From the human T2T-CHM13v2.0 reference genome, Homo sapiens: a stretch of DNA of 64,000 nucleotides. The stretch lies in assembly GCF_009914755.1 (NCBI RefSeq), contig NC_060947.1; one strand, 5' to 3'. Positions 12,043-25,185 of the stretch are shown in pieces. The number at the start of each line of letters is the position of its first letter. Position 1 is the stretch's first letter. The position numbers and the translations under genes are program-made. The notes below the pieces were generated by a model. The model did no database searches and was not told where the DNA came from. It worked only from the letters and a program-made list of their open reading frames with translations.

Positions 12043-15000
12043 AGAATTGGAATCATCATGGTGGACGTGAGGCAGGAGAAGATTGCAGCTACAGACAGAG
12101 CAGCATGCAGAGGCTCGCATTGTGAATTTTAGCTCCAGATGGACTGCAAGAACAAACCAGCAATCCTGAGAGGACCCACAGACCATCTGAAGAAAGCTAA
12201 CTGCTCCTGCAGGACCCAGGAGACACCCCAAGTTCTGTGAGTGGCCCAACTGCAGAAGTGTGAAAGGGAGAGCCTCCTCTCCCAAACACACCCACTGGAG
12301 AAGCTGAAGGTCTGTTTGCAGGAGAAGTTTCCAACTTTACCTGGAGCTGAGGCAATTTAGAGGGCCGAGTGAAATACAGGGGTAGAGGAAGCAGCAGAAA
12401 GTCCCTGTGAGCTTGCTGGGTCCCCTAGCAGGCCATTCCTGCCTGGTACCACAGGGATACATTTGGAGGCTGGCCAGAGAAGCAGGGAGTAAAACTCCAC
12501 AGGGAGGAGGAAATCTTTAGCTGAACTTTGTAACAATTTGAACATTGTGAGAAGCCTCCTGGCCAGAAATCGGGGGAGGGCACAAATCTGGTGTGCAGAC
12601 TCCACAGGTGGGGGAAGAACCAAGCCCTTTTCTTTTGCAGCTTGGAAGCAGGTATCCTGGGGCAAGTTTTCAAGCCCGTCTCGTCCTCTACCTGGAAACA
12701 GACTTGGGGCTGTTGGGGAGAAGCATAGTGGGAGTGAGATCAGCTCTTTGGTTTGCACGGGAGCTGGGTGAGACCTGTGACTGCTGGCTTTCCCCCACTT
12801 CCCTGACAACCTGCATGACTCAGCAGAGGCAGCCATAATCCTCCTAGGTACACAGCTCCGGTGACCCGGGAATCTCACCCCAATCTCCCACAGCAGCTGC
12901 AGCAAGACCCACCCAAGGAATGTCTGAGCTCAGACATGCCTAGCCCCACCCCCACCTGATGGCCCTTTCCTATTTACCCTGGTAGCAGAAGACAAAGGGC
13001 ATATAATCTTGGGAGTTTTAGGGCCCCACCCACGGCCAGTCCCTCTCCATACTACCATAGCTGATGCTTTCTGGAAAGTGCCACCTCCTGGCAGGAGGCC
13101 ACCCAGAACAAAAATGAAGCATTAAACCACCAAAGCTAAGAATCCTCACAGACTCCATTGCACCCCCTGCCACCTCCACTGGAAGAGGCACTGGTATCCA
13201 TGTTGAGAGACCCATAGATGGTTCACATCCCAGGACTCTGTGCAGACACCCCCCAGTACCAGCCTGGATTCAGATAGACTTGCTGGGTGGCTAGACCCAG
13301 AATAGAGACAACAATCACTGCAGTTAAGCTCACAGGAAGCCACATCCATAAGAAAAGGGGGATAGCACTACAGCAAGGGAACATCCTGTGGGACAAAAGA
13401 AATCTGAAAAAACAGTCTTCAGCCCCAGACCTTCCCTCTGACAGAGCCTACCCAAATGAGAAGGAACCAGAAAACCAACCCTGCCTAGTAATATGACAAA
13501 ACAAGGCTCTTCAACACCCCCCTAAAGAATCACACTAGTTCACCAGCAGTGGATCCAAACCAAGAAGAAATACATGATTTATCTGAAAAAGAATTCAGGA
13601 GGTTAGTTATTAAGCTAATCAGGGAGGGACCAGAAAAAGGCGAAGCCCAATGCAAGGAAATCCAAAAAATGATACAAGAAGTGAAGGGAGAAATGTTCAA
13701 GGAAATAGACAGCTTAAAGAAAAAAACAATCAAAAATCCAGGAAACTTTGGACACACTTTCAGAAATGTGAAATGCCCTGGAAAGTCTCAGAATGTAATT
13801 GAGCAAGTAAAAGAAAGAAATGTAGAGCTCAAAGACAAGGTTTTTTAATTAATCCAATCTTACAAAGACAAAGAAAAAAGAATAAGAAAATATGAACAAA
13901 GCCTCCAAGAAGTCTGGCGTTATGTTAAACAACCAAACCTAACAATAATAGGTGTTCCTGAGGAAGAGAATTCTAAAAGCTTAGAAAACATATTTGGGTG
14001 AATAATTGAGGAAAGCTTCCCTGGTCTTGCTAGAGACCTAGACATCCAAATACAAGAAGCACAAAAACACCTGGAAATTTTATCACAAAAAGATCAGAGC
14101 AGAACTAAATGAAATTGAAACCAAAAAAATACAAAAGATAAATGAAACAAAAAGCTGGTGCTAAGATAAATAAAACTGATAGACCATTAGCAAGATTAAC
14201 CAAGAAAAGAAGAGAGAAAATCCAAATAACCTCACTAAGAATTGCAAGAGATATTACAACTGACATACCAAAGATCCTCCGAGGGTACTATGAACACCTT
14301 CCCTCACATAAACTAAAAAACCTAGAAGAGATGGCTAAATCTCTGGAAAAATACAACTCCCCTAGCTTAAATCAGAAAGAATTAGATACCTTGAACAGAC
14401 CAATAACAAGCAGCAAGATTGAAATGGTAACTAGAAAAATTACCAACAAAAAAAAAGTCCAGGACCAGACAGATTCACAGTGGATTTCTACTAGACATTC
14501 AAAGGAAAATTGATACCAATTCTTTTGACACTATTCCACAAGACAGAAAAAGAAGGAACCCTCCCTAATTCATTCTATGAAGCCAGCATTAATACCAAAA
14601 CCAGGAAAAGACATAACCAAAAAAGAAAACTAAAGCACAATATCCATGATGAACATAGATGCAAAAATTCTCAACACAGTACTAGTTAACAGAATCCAAC
14701 AGCATGTCAAAAAGATAATACACCATGATCAAGTTAGTTTTATACCAGGGATGCAGTGATTGTTTAACATCCACAAATCAATAAATGTGGTACAACTCAT
14801 AAAAATAATTTTTAAAAAATCACATAATCACATCAAAAGATGCAGAAAAAGCATTTGACGAAATCCAGCAACCTTTATGATTAAAATTCTCAGCAGAATC
14901 AGCATACAAGGGACATACCTTAATGTAATAAAAACCATCTATGACAAACCCACAGCCAACACAATACTGAATGTGGAAAAGTTGAAAACATTCCCTCTGA

Positions 15001-17072
15001 GAACTGGAACAAGACAAGGCTGCCCACTGTCTGCACTCCTCTTCAACATGGTACTGGAAGTCATAGCCAGAGCAATCAGACAAGAGAAAGGAATAAAGGG
15101 CATCCAAATCAGTAAAAAGGAAGTCAAACTCTCACTGTTTGCTGATGATATGATCGTTCACATTGAAAACCCTAAAGACTCCTCAAGAAAGCTCCTAGAA
15201 CTGATAAAAGAATTCAGCAAAGTTTCTGGATATAAGATTAATGTACACAAACCAGTAGCTCTTCTATACACCAACAGCAACTAAGCAGAGAATCAAATCT
15301 AGAACTCAACCCCTATTACAATAGCTGCAAAAAAATAAAATAAAATACTTAGGAATATACATAATCAAGGGGTCAAAAGACCTCTACAAGGAAAACTACA
15401 AAATACTGCTGAAAGAAACCATAGATGACACCAAGAAATGGAAACACATCCCATGCTCATGGATGGGTAGAATCAATATTGTGAAAATGTCCACACTGCC
15501 AAAAGCAGTCTACAAATTCAACGCAGTCCCCACCAAAATAGCACCATTATTCTTCACAGAATTAGAAAAAACAATTCTAAAATTCATATGGAACCAAAAA
15601 AGAGCCCTCATAGCCAAAGCAAGACTAAGGACAAGAACAAATATGGAGGCATCTCACAGCCTGATTTCAAACCAGTCTATAAAGCCATAGTCACCAAAAC
15701 ATCATGGTACTGGTGTAAAAATAGGCACATAGACCAGTGGAACAGAATAGAGAACCCAGAAATAAACTCAAATGCAGCCAACTGATCTTTGACAAAGCAA
15801 ACAAAAACATAAAGTGGGAAAAGAACACTGTTTTCAGCAAATCATGCTGGGATTATAGGCTAGCCACATATAGGAGAATTAAACTGGATTCTCATCTCCC
15901 ACCTTATACAAAATCAACTTGGGATGGATTAAGGTCTTAAACTTAAGACCTGAAACTATAAAAATTCTAAAAGATAACATTGGAAAAACCCTTCTAGACA
16001 TTGGTTTAGGCAAGGATGTCATGACCAAGAGCCCAAAAGCACATGCAATAAAAACAAAGCTAAATAGGTGGGACCTAATTAAACTAAAGAGCTTCTTCAC
16101 GACAAAAGGAACAGTCAGCAGAGTAAACAGACAACCCACAGTGTGGGAGAAAATCTTCACGATCCGTACATCTGACAAAGGACTAATATCCAGAATCTAC
16201 AATGAACTCAAACAAATCAGTAAGAAATAAACAAACAATCCCATCAAAAAGTGGGCTAAGGAAATGAATAAACAATTCTCAAAAGAAGATATACAAATGG
16301 CCAATAAACATGTGAAAAATGCTCAACATTACTAATGATCAGGGAAATGCAAATCAAAACCACAATGCAATACCACCTTAGTCCTGCAAGAATGGTCATA
16401 ATCAAAAAATCAAAAAACGGTAGATGCCAGTGTGATCGCGGTGAACAGGGAACACTTCTACACTGCTGGTGGGAATGTAAACTAATATAGCCACTATGAA
16501 AAAGAGTTTGAAGATTCCTTAAAGAACTAAAAGTAGAACTACCATTTGACCCAGCAATCCTACTACTGGGCATCTACCCAGAGGAAATGAAGTTATTATT
16601 CATAAAAGATACTTGCACATGTATGTTTATAGCAGCACAATTCACACTTGCAAAACTGTGGAACCAACCCAGATACCCATCAATCAACAAGTGGATAAAG
16701 AAACTATGGTATATATACACAATGGAATACTATGCAGCCATAAAAAGGAATCAATTAACAGCATTTGCAGCAACCTGGATGAGATTGGAGACTATTATTC
16801 TAAGTAAAGTAACTCAGGAATGGAAAACCAAACATTGTATGTTCTCGCTGATATGTGGGAGCTAAACTATGAGGACACAAAGGCACAAGAATGATACAAT
16901 GGACTTTGGGGACTGGGCAAGGGAAGAGAAGGAGGTAGCCAGGGATAAAAGACTACAAATATGGTGCAGTGTATACTACTTGGGTGATGGGTGCAACAGA
17001 ATCTCACAAATCACCACTAAAGAACTTACTCATGTAACGAAATACCACTTGTACTCCAATAATTTATGGAAA
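12043..17072 (+). mobile_element. L1PB1-like LINE-1 (inner), with 5'UTR and an internal deletion of about 1.5 kb, nested in ORF2 of the outer L1
   Basis: TSD AAAATTAAT(G/A)TACACAAATC at 12023-12042 and 17073-17092; ORF1 start MDPNQEEI; RT motifs QGCPLS and FADD; 3'UTR. Confidence 0.92.
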
Positions 17073-20029
17073 AAAATTAATATACACAAATCTGTAGCTC
17101 TGCTATACAAAAACAGTGACCAAGCTGAGAATCAAATCAAGAACTCAACCCCTTTTACAATAGCTGCAACAACAACAACAACAAAAACTTAGGAATACAC
17201 TTAACCAAGGAGGTGAAAGACCTCTACAATGAAAACTACAAAACACTACTGAAAGAAAACATAGATGACACAAACAAATGGAACTACATCCCATGCTCAT
17301 GATGGGTAGAATCAGTATTGTGATCATGACCATACTGCCAAAAGCAGTCTACAGATTCAATGCATTTGCCTTTATAATACCACCAGCATTCTTCACAGAA
17401 TTAGAAAAAACAATTCTAAAATTCCTATGAAACCAAAAAAGAGCCTGCCTAGCCAAAGCAAGACTAAGCAAAATGAACAAATCTAGAGGCATTACATTAC
17501 ACAACTTCAAACTATACTATAAGGCCATACTCTCCAAAACAAAATGGTACTGGTATAAAACTAGGCATATAGATGACTGGAACAGAATAGAGAACCCAGA
17601 AATAAAGGCAAATACTTACAGTCAACTGATCTTTGACAAAGCAAAGAAAAACATAAAGTGGGGAAAGGACACTGTATTCAACAAATGGTGCTGGGATAAT
17701 TGGCAAGCCACATATAGAAGAATGAAACTGGATCCTCATCTCTAACCCTATAGAAAAATCAAGTCAAGATGGATCAAATCAAATACTTAAATCTAAAGCC
17801 TGAAACCATAAAATTTCTAGATGGTACATTGCAAAAACCCTTCTAGACATTAGCTTAGGCAAAGACTTCATGACCAAGAACCCAAAAGCAAATGCAACAA
17901 AAACAGAGATAAATAGATGGGACTTAACTAAAAAGCTTCTGCACAGCAGAAGAAATAATCAGCAGAGTAAAAAGATATCCTACAGAGGGGGAGAAAATCT
18001 TTACAATCTACATCTAACAAAGGACAGAATCCACAAGGAACTCAAACAAATTAGCAAGAACAAAACAAACAATTCCATTAAGAAGTGGGCTAAGGACATG
18101 AATAGACAACTCTCAAAAGAAGATATACATATGGCCAACAAACATATTTTAAAAATGTTCAACGTCACTAATGATCAGGGAAATGCAAATCAAAAGCACA
18201 ATGCAATACTACCTCACTCCTGCAAGAATGGCCATAATCAAAAAATCAAAACACAATAAATGTTGGCATGGATGTGGTAAAATGGGAACACTTTACACTA
18301 TTGGTGGGAATGTAAACTAGTACAACCACTATGGAAAACAGTGTGGAGATTCCTTAAGGAACTAAAAGTAGATATACCATTTGAAACAGCAATCCCACTC
18401 CTGGGTATCTATCGAGAGGAAAAGAAGTAATTATACAAAAAAGATACCTGCACACACATGTTTATAGCAGAACAATTTGCAATTGCAAAAATATGGAACC
18501 AGCCAAATGCCTGTCAATTATCAATCAATGAGTGGATAAAGAAAATGGGATATATGGAATACTACTCAGACATAAAAAGGAATGAAATAATGGCATTCAC
18601 AGCAACATGGATGGAATTGGAGACCATTATTCTAAGTGAAGTAACTCAGAAATGGAAAACCAAACATTATATACTCTCATAAGTGGGAGCTAAACTATGA
18701 GGATGCAAAGGCATAAGAATGATACAATGAACTTTGGGGACTCAGAGGAAAGGGTGGGAGTAGGGTGAGGGATAAAGTCTACACATTTGGTGATGGGTGC
18801 ACCAAAATCTCAGAAATAACCACTAAAGAAATTATTCATGCAACTAAATACCACCTGTTCATTAAACACCAATAGAAATTTCAAAAATAGCATTAACAAC
18901 ATAAAAATAAATTTATTGGTTTTAAAATCAAATGAAATTAATCTGTAAAGAGATGATGACTTACCATCACAAAATATACAGAAAGAATTATTATACAGAA
19001 ATTAATAATATAATTCTGTATTTTATTAATATACAGAAGTATTTATTGCAATGACTCTATTGCAATAAGTATTTTGTTTCCCAAAGGTAATTTCATTGAA
19101 TGGGAGACACTCACTTGTATGAATAGTGTGTATCTTGGTTAAAATAAATGTTATGACTGTGTAGTTACACCATTTACATTCCCTTTCAAGACAGAAAAAC
19201 TGTATACATACATGAAATAGTTAAATAATATTAACCTAAGACCAAATGACAAATTTACAGTAAGGTGAGCATAATTTTGGAAACAGACATAATTGTGGAA
19301 TGGCATCCTCAAGGAAAATTTATAGAATGGGTAGAATTTGTATTTTGCAGGCATACAAATTTAGGAGAAAAAAATCACAATCAAAACCATTGAAGCAAAG
19401 AAGGAGACAGCTTTTTCAGTTAGAACAGACACTTTGGGTGGAAATAGGCAACTCAGTTCAGTTGGAAGTGCAACTCAGAACAGAATTAAGGACCACAGTG
19501 TCTGATGTCCCTTAATGCCAAGGTAGACGTTTTGAGATTTTATCTTTTAGGCAGAGGGAAAATTAAACTGAGAAGAGCTGGAATATCATGAAAAAAGCAA
19601 CTTGGAAGAAATTGGTCAAACAATGACATAAAGGATAGAATTTAGGCAGAAGAGTCTAAAGAAAAAGGATGAATATTATTTTTTTTCTGATAAATGTACC
19701 ACTGACACATAATTGATAATTAAAGCTAATAGTTTCTTATAGGGAATTCTGATCTGTAGCACTTTAAAAACTTTATTCTCAATGACTGGCTCTCTAGCAC
19801 TCAGTGTATAACTGGAATGCCTTTTCTAAAATCAGTTATTAAGAGATGCAACTTATTTTTTTAAGATTATACAAACCATAAACATGGTCAATCACTGCCT
19901 CAGATGATACATATTTGATTGTAATACACTATAATACTATAATGTACTAGATTCAAATATATGTGACACTGAAGAAAACCACATTAGTTCTCTCTACAGT
20001 TAGCATAAGCAATAAACAATCACCTCTTA

Positions 20030-21710
20030 ATAGTGCTAATTTTTGTGGCAAATTATACATAATAAGGATATTTTATTTTAAATATTTTAAGTGTACAGTT
20101 TAGTGACATATACACACTGTTTTGCAAATATCACTACCAACCATCTCTACAACATTTTTCATCTGCTCAGATTGAAACTCTGTATTTATTAAACAATAAC
20201 TGTACATTTTTACCTCTCCGCAGCCACTGGTAACCACTGTTCTACTTTTTGTTTCTATGAATTTGACTATTCTAGTTACCTCATAAAAGTGGAATCATAA
20301 ATAGTTATTATTTTATGATTGTCATATCTCAATTAGCATAACTCTTCAAGGTTTATGTAATAATATGTGTCAGAATTTCATTTCCTTTTTAAGGCTGAAT
20401 ATCATTATTATAGTAGTTCCGTACATATTCTGGAAATTAGTTCCTTATCATATGTATGATTTGCAAATAGTCTCTCCTGTTTCATAGATTTCCTGGTCAC
20501 TGTGTTGATAATGTCTTCTGATGCACAAATATTTTTAATTTTGATGAAGTTCAATTTATATATTTTTTCTTGTTGACTGTTCTTTTGGTGTTTTATCCAA
20601 GAAATGATTGTCAAATACAAGTTCATCAAGCTTTTTATTTATATTTTATACCTAGAATTTTATAACTGTACCTCTTACCTTCAGGCCTTTGACCCATTAG
20701 TTTATTTGTTCTTTATTGAGTAAAGATTCAACTTTATTCTTTTGCATGTGGATATCCAGTTTTCCCATTAGCATGTGTTGAAAAGACTCTCCTTTCCCCA
20801 TTCAGTGGCCTCAGCACCATTGTCAAAATTTTTTTGACCATATATGTAAGGGTTTATTTCTGGGCTCTGTACTGTGTTCCATTGGTCTTTATGTCTGTCT
20901 TTATGCCAGTACCTCACTGTGTTGATTAGTGTAGCTAGTATACTAAACTTCTTAATCAGGGAAGCAGTAAACCTCCAACTTTGTTCATTTTCTAGATTGT
21001 TTTTGCTACTTTGGGTCTCTTGAGATTCTATATGGAGTTAGGATGAATTTTTCTATTTCTGCCAAAAATGCCATTGGAGTTTTGATAGAAATTGCATTGA
21101 ATCTGTAGATCACATTGTGTATTGATATATTTTTTTTAATGACAGGGTCTCCATCTGTCACCAAGGCTGGAATGCAGTGGTGCCATCATGGTTCACTGCA
21201 TGCTCCCCAAGTTCATGTAATCCTCCTACCTCAGCCTCCTTAGTAGCTGAGGCTACAGGCATGTGCCACCACACTCGGCAAAATTTTTTGTAATTTTTGT
21301 AGGCACAAGGTTTTGCCATGTTGCCCTGGCTGATCTCAAATGCCTGGACTCAAGCAATCTGACCACCTCAGCCTCCCAAAGTGCTAGGATTACAGGCGTG
21401 AGCCAACACACCCAACTGAGTGTGTTGATATCTTAACAATATTAAGGCTTCCGCTCCATAAGCAAAAGCTATCTTTCCCTTTATTGATGTCTTTCTTAAT
21501 CTCTTACTTTCCAATTTGCCTGACTTTTATTTCTCTTTTTAGCCTAATTGCTCTGGTTTAAAATTTCTAATTGTCAAATAAAGTGGTAAATGTGGTTCTT
21601 GTTCTTACAGGAAATACTTTACATTAAGTATGATAGTAGCTCTTGGTTTTCCATATACTACCTTCATCAGGGTGAGGTAGTTTTCTTTTATTCTTAGTCT
21701 GGTGAGGGTT
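20030..21710 (-). mobile_element. Old L1M (L1MB-like) 3' end and ORF2
   Basis: Degenerate antisense L1 3'UTR and ORF2 sequence. Confidence 0.75.
21130..21417 (-). mobile_element. AluJ
   Basis: Diverged dimeric Alu; TSD GTGT(A/G)TTGATAT. Confidence 0.88.
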
Positions 21711-24700
21711 TTTTATAGTTTTGGGTTAAACATTTAAGTCTCCAATCCATTGTATTAGTCTATATTCATGCTGCTGATAAAGACATACCTGAGACTGGGA
21801 AGAAAAAGATGTTTAATGGACTCACAGTTCCACGTGGCTGGGGAGGCTTCACAATCATCGTGGAAGCCAAAAGGCACTTCTTACACGGTAGCAGCAAGAG
21901 AGAAACAGAGAGCCAAGCAAAATAGGTTTCCTCTTATAAAACCATCAGATCATGAGACGTATTCACTAGCAAGAGAACAGTATGAGGGAAACTGCACTGC
22001 ACATGTATTCACAGATGTGCTAACTCTAAGCTGGGTTTTCAGTTACTTAGACTATTTATCTTCCTGTCTGTAATTTTCCAAGACAGATTATTGCACATTC
22101 ACCTGTTATAACTATAGACTGTCACTTTTCGTATGAATTACAGCGCGTTGGAAATTAACAAAATGGCTTTTGCAAACAATATCTTAGGTGAGGCAGGTAG
22201 GGAAGGCCCCCATGATTCAATTATCTCCCACCGGGTCCCTCCCACAACATGTAGGAATCATGGAAGCTACAATTCAAGATGAGATTTGAGTGGGGACACA
22301 GCCAAACCATATCATTCTACCCCTGACCACTCCCAAATCTCATGTCCTCACATTTCAAAACTACTCATGCCTTCCCAACAGTCCTCCAAACTCTTAACTC
22401 ATTTCAGCATTAACTCAAAAGTCCACAGTTCAAAGTCTCATCCAAGACAAGGCAAGTCCCTTCTGCCTGTGAGCCTGTAAAATCAAAAGCAAGTTAGTTA
22501 CTTCCTAGATACAGTGGTGGTACAGGCATTGAGTAAATACATCCATTACAAATGGGAAAAAATGACCAAAGCAAAGGGGCTACAGGCCCCGTGCAAGTCC
22601 AAAATCCAGCAGGGCAGTCAAATCTTAAAGCTCCATAACAATCACTTTTGACTCCATGTCCCTCATCCATGTCACACTGATGCAAGAGGTGGGTTCCCAT
22701 GGTCTTGGGCAGCTCTGGCCCTGTGGCTTTGAAGGGTACAGCCTCCCTCCCAGGTGCTTTCACAGACTGGCATTGAGTGTCTGAGGCTTTTCCAGGTGCA
22801 CAATGCAAGCTGTCAGTGGATTTACCATTCTAGGACCTGAAGGACAGTGGCCCTATTCTCACAGCTCCACTAGGTGATGCCCCAGTAGAGAATCTGTGTG
22901 GGGGCTCTGACCCCACATTTCCCTTCTGCACTGCCCTAGCAGAGGTTCTCTTTGAGGGCCCTATTCCTGCAACAAACTTCTGCCTGGGCATCCAGTCATT
23001 TCCATACATTCTCTGAAATCTAGACAGAGGTTCCCAAACCCCAATTATTGACTTATGTGCACTTGCAGGCTCAACACCACATGGAAGTTGCCAGGGCTTG
23101 GGGCTTGCACCCTCCAAAGCCACAGCCTGAGTTCTACATTTGCTCCTTTTAGCCACAGCTGGAGCAGCTGTAATTGCAGGGCACCAAGTCCCTAGGCTGC
23201 ACACAGCATGGGGAAAACATTTTTCCCCCTAGGCCTCCAGGCCTGTGATGGGAGGGGCTGCAATGAAGATCTCTGGCATGCCCTAGAGACATTTTCCCTA
23301 TTGTCTTGGCAGTTAACATTCAGCTCCTCATTACTTAAGCAAATTTCTGCAGCCGGCTTGAATTTCTCCTCAGAAAAAGAAATTTTCTATCACATTGTCA
23401 GGCTGAAAATTTTCTGAACTTTTATGCTCTGCTTCCCTTATAAAACTGAATGCTAATAGCACCTCTTAAATGCTTTGTTGCTTATAAATTTCTTCTACCA
23501 GATACCCTAAATAATTTCTCTCAAGTTTAAAGTTGCACAAATTTCTAGGGCAGGGACAAAATGCTGCCAGTCTCTTTGCTAAAACAAAACACGAGTCACC
23601 TTTGCTCCAATTCCCAACAAGTTCCTCATTTCCATCTGAGACCACCTCAGCCTGGACTTTATTGTCCACATTTCTATCAGCATTTGGGGCAAAGCCATTC
23701 AGCAAGTCTCAAGACTCTAGGAAGTTCCAAACTTTCCCACATTTTCCTATCTTCTTCTGAGTCTTCCAAACTGTTCCAACCTCTGCCTGTTACCCAGTTC
23801 CAAATTCACTTCCACATTTTCAGATATCTTTTCAGCAGTGCCCCACTCTACTGGTACCAATGTACTGTACTAGACCATTTTCACACTGCTGATAAAGACA
23901 TACCCAAGACTGGGAAGAAAAAGAGGTTTAATGGACTCACAGTTCCATGTGGCCGTGGAGGCCATGGCAGAAGGTGAAAGGCACTTCGTACATGGTGGTG
24001 GCAAGAGAGAATCAGAGAGCCAAGCAAAATGAGTTTCCCCTTATAAAACCATCAGAACTTGTGAGACTTATTCACTACCATGAGAACAGTATGGGAAAAA
24101 CTGCCGCCATGATTCAATTATCTCCTACTGGGTCTTTCCCACAACACGTGGGAATCATGGGAGCTACAATTCAAGATGAGATTTGGGTGTGGACCTAGCC
24201 AAACCATGTCATCCATTTTCAGTTAATTTTTGTATAAGGTGTAAGGAAGGGTCCAGTTTCAATTTTCTGCATATGGGTAGCCAGTTCTTCCAGTACCATT
24301 TATTAAATAGGGAATCTTTTATCCATTGCTTGTTTTTGTCAGCTTTGTCAACACTTCTCAAAAGAATACATACATGAGACCAACAAACATGAAAAAAAGC
24401 TCAACATCACTTATCGTTAGATAAATGCAAATCAAAACCACAATGAGATACCATCTCATGCCCATCATAATGGCAATTATTAGAAAGTCAAGAAACAATA
24501 GATGCTGGTGAGGTTCTGAAGAAATAGGAATGCTTTTACACTGTTGGTGGGAATGTAAAATTAGTTCAGCCATTGTAGAAGACAGTGTGGCAATTCCTCA
24601 AACATTTAGAACCAGAAATACCATTTGACCCAGCAATCTCATTACTGGGTATATACCCAAAGACATATAAGTCATTTTATTATAAAGATACTCACATGCA

Positions 24701-25185
24701 TATGTTCATTACAGCACCATTCATAATAGCAAAGACATATAATTAACCCAAACGCCCATCAATGATACACTGGATAAAGAAAATGTGGTACATATACACC
24801 ATGGGATACTATGCAGCCATAAAAAGGAATGAAATCATATCCTTCTCATGGCCATGTATGAAGCTGGAAGCCATTATCTTCAGCAAACTAATGCAGGAAC
24901 AGAAAATTAAACACCTCCTGTTCTCACTTATAAGTGGGAGCTGAACAAGGAGAACACATGGACACAGGGTGGGGAACAGCAAACACTGAGGCTTGTCAGG
25001 GGAGTGTGGGGGTCGGGGAGATCATAAGGAAGAATAGCTAATGCATGCTGGGTGTAATACCTAGGTGATGGATTGATAGGTGCAGCAAACCACCGTGGCA
25101 CAACTTTACCTATGTAACAAACTTGCACATCCTGCACATGTACCCTGGAAATTAATAAAATAAAATAAAATAAAATTTAAAAAAA
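21706..25185 (+). mobile_element. 5'-inverted L1PA element (antisense piece 21706-24350, split by THE1; sense piece 24351-25185)
   Basis: Strand switch at ...gctttgtcaa|cacttctcaaaaga...; sense part ends in an (AAAAT)n tail. Confidence 0.75.
21751..24211 (-). mobile_element. Complete THE1 MaLR element (LTR 21751-22314, internal region, LTR 23866-24211)
   Basis: Two THE1 LTRs, THE1-int sequence, and a perfect 5-bp TSD TCCAT at 21746-21750 and 24212-24216. Confidence 0.93.

Larger units (their letters stand above)
7355..18903 (+). mobile_element. Full-length degenerate L1PB-type LINE-1 (outer), interrupted by an Alu and a second L1
   Basis: 5'UTR, ORF1 fragments ([10 protein letters not shown]..., MENIFEGIIKENFP), EN/RT fragments (LFADDMIVY at about 11925) and 3'UTR; degenerate TSD AAAATAA(G/A)TTTA(C/T)TG at 7340-7354 and 18904-18918. 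Confidence 0.9.

Noticed and set aside
7610-18682. Numerous 60-180 aa ORFs on both strands
   Set aside because: They are frameshifted fragments or antisense frames of decayed L1 and Alu; no intact ORF1 or ORF2.
18975-19075. AT-rich quasi-palindromes (TACAGAA/TTCTGTA; TTATTGCAAT/ATTGCAATAA)
   Set aside because: Low-complexity sequence next to an L1 tail; no supporting evidence of function.
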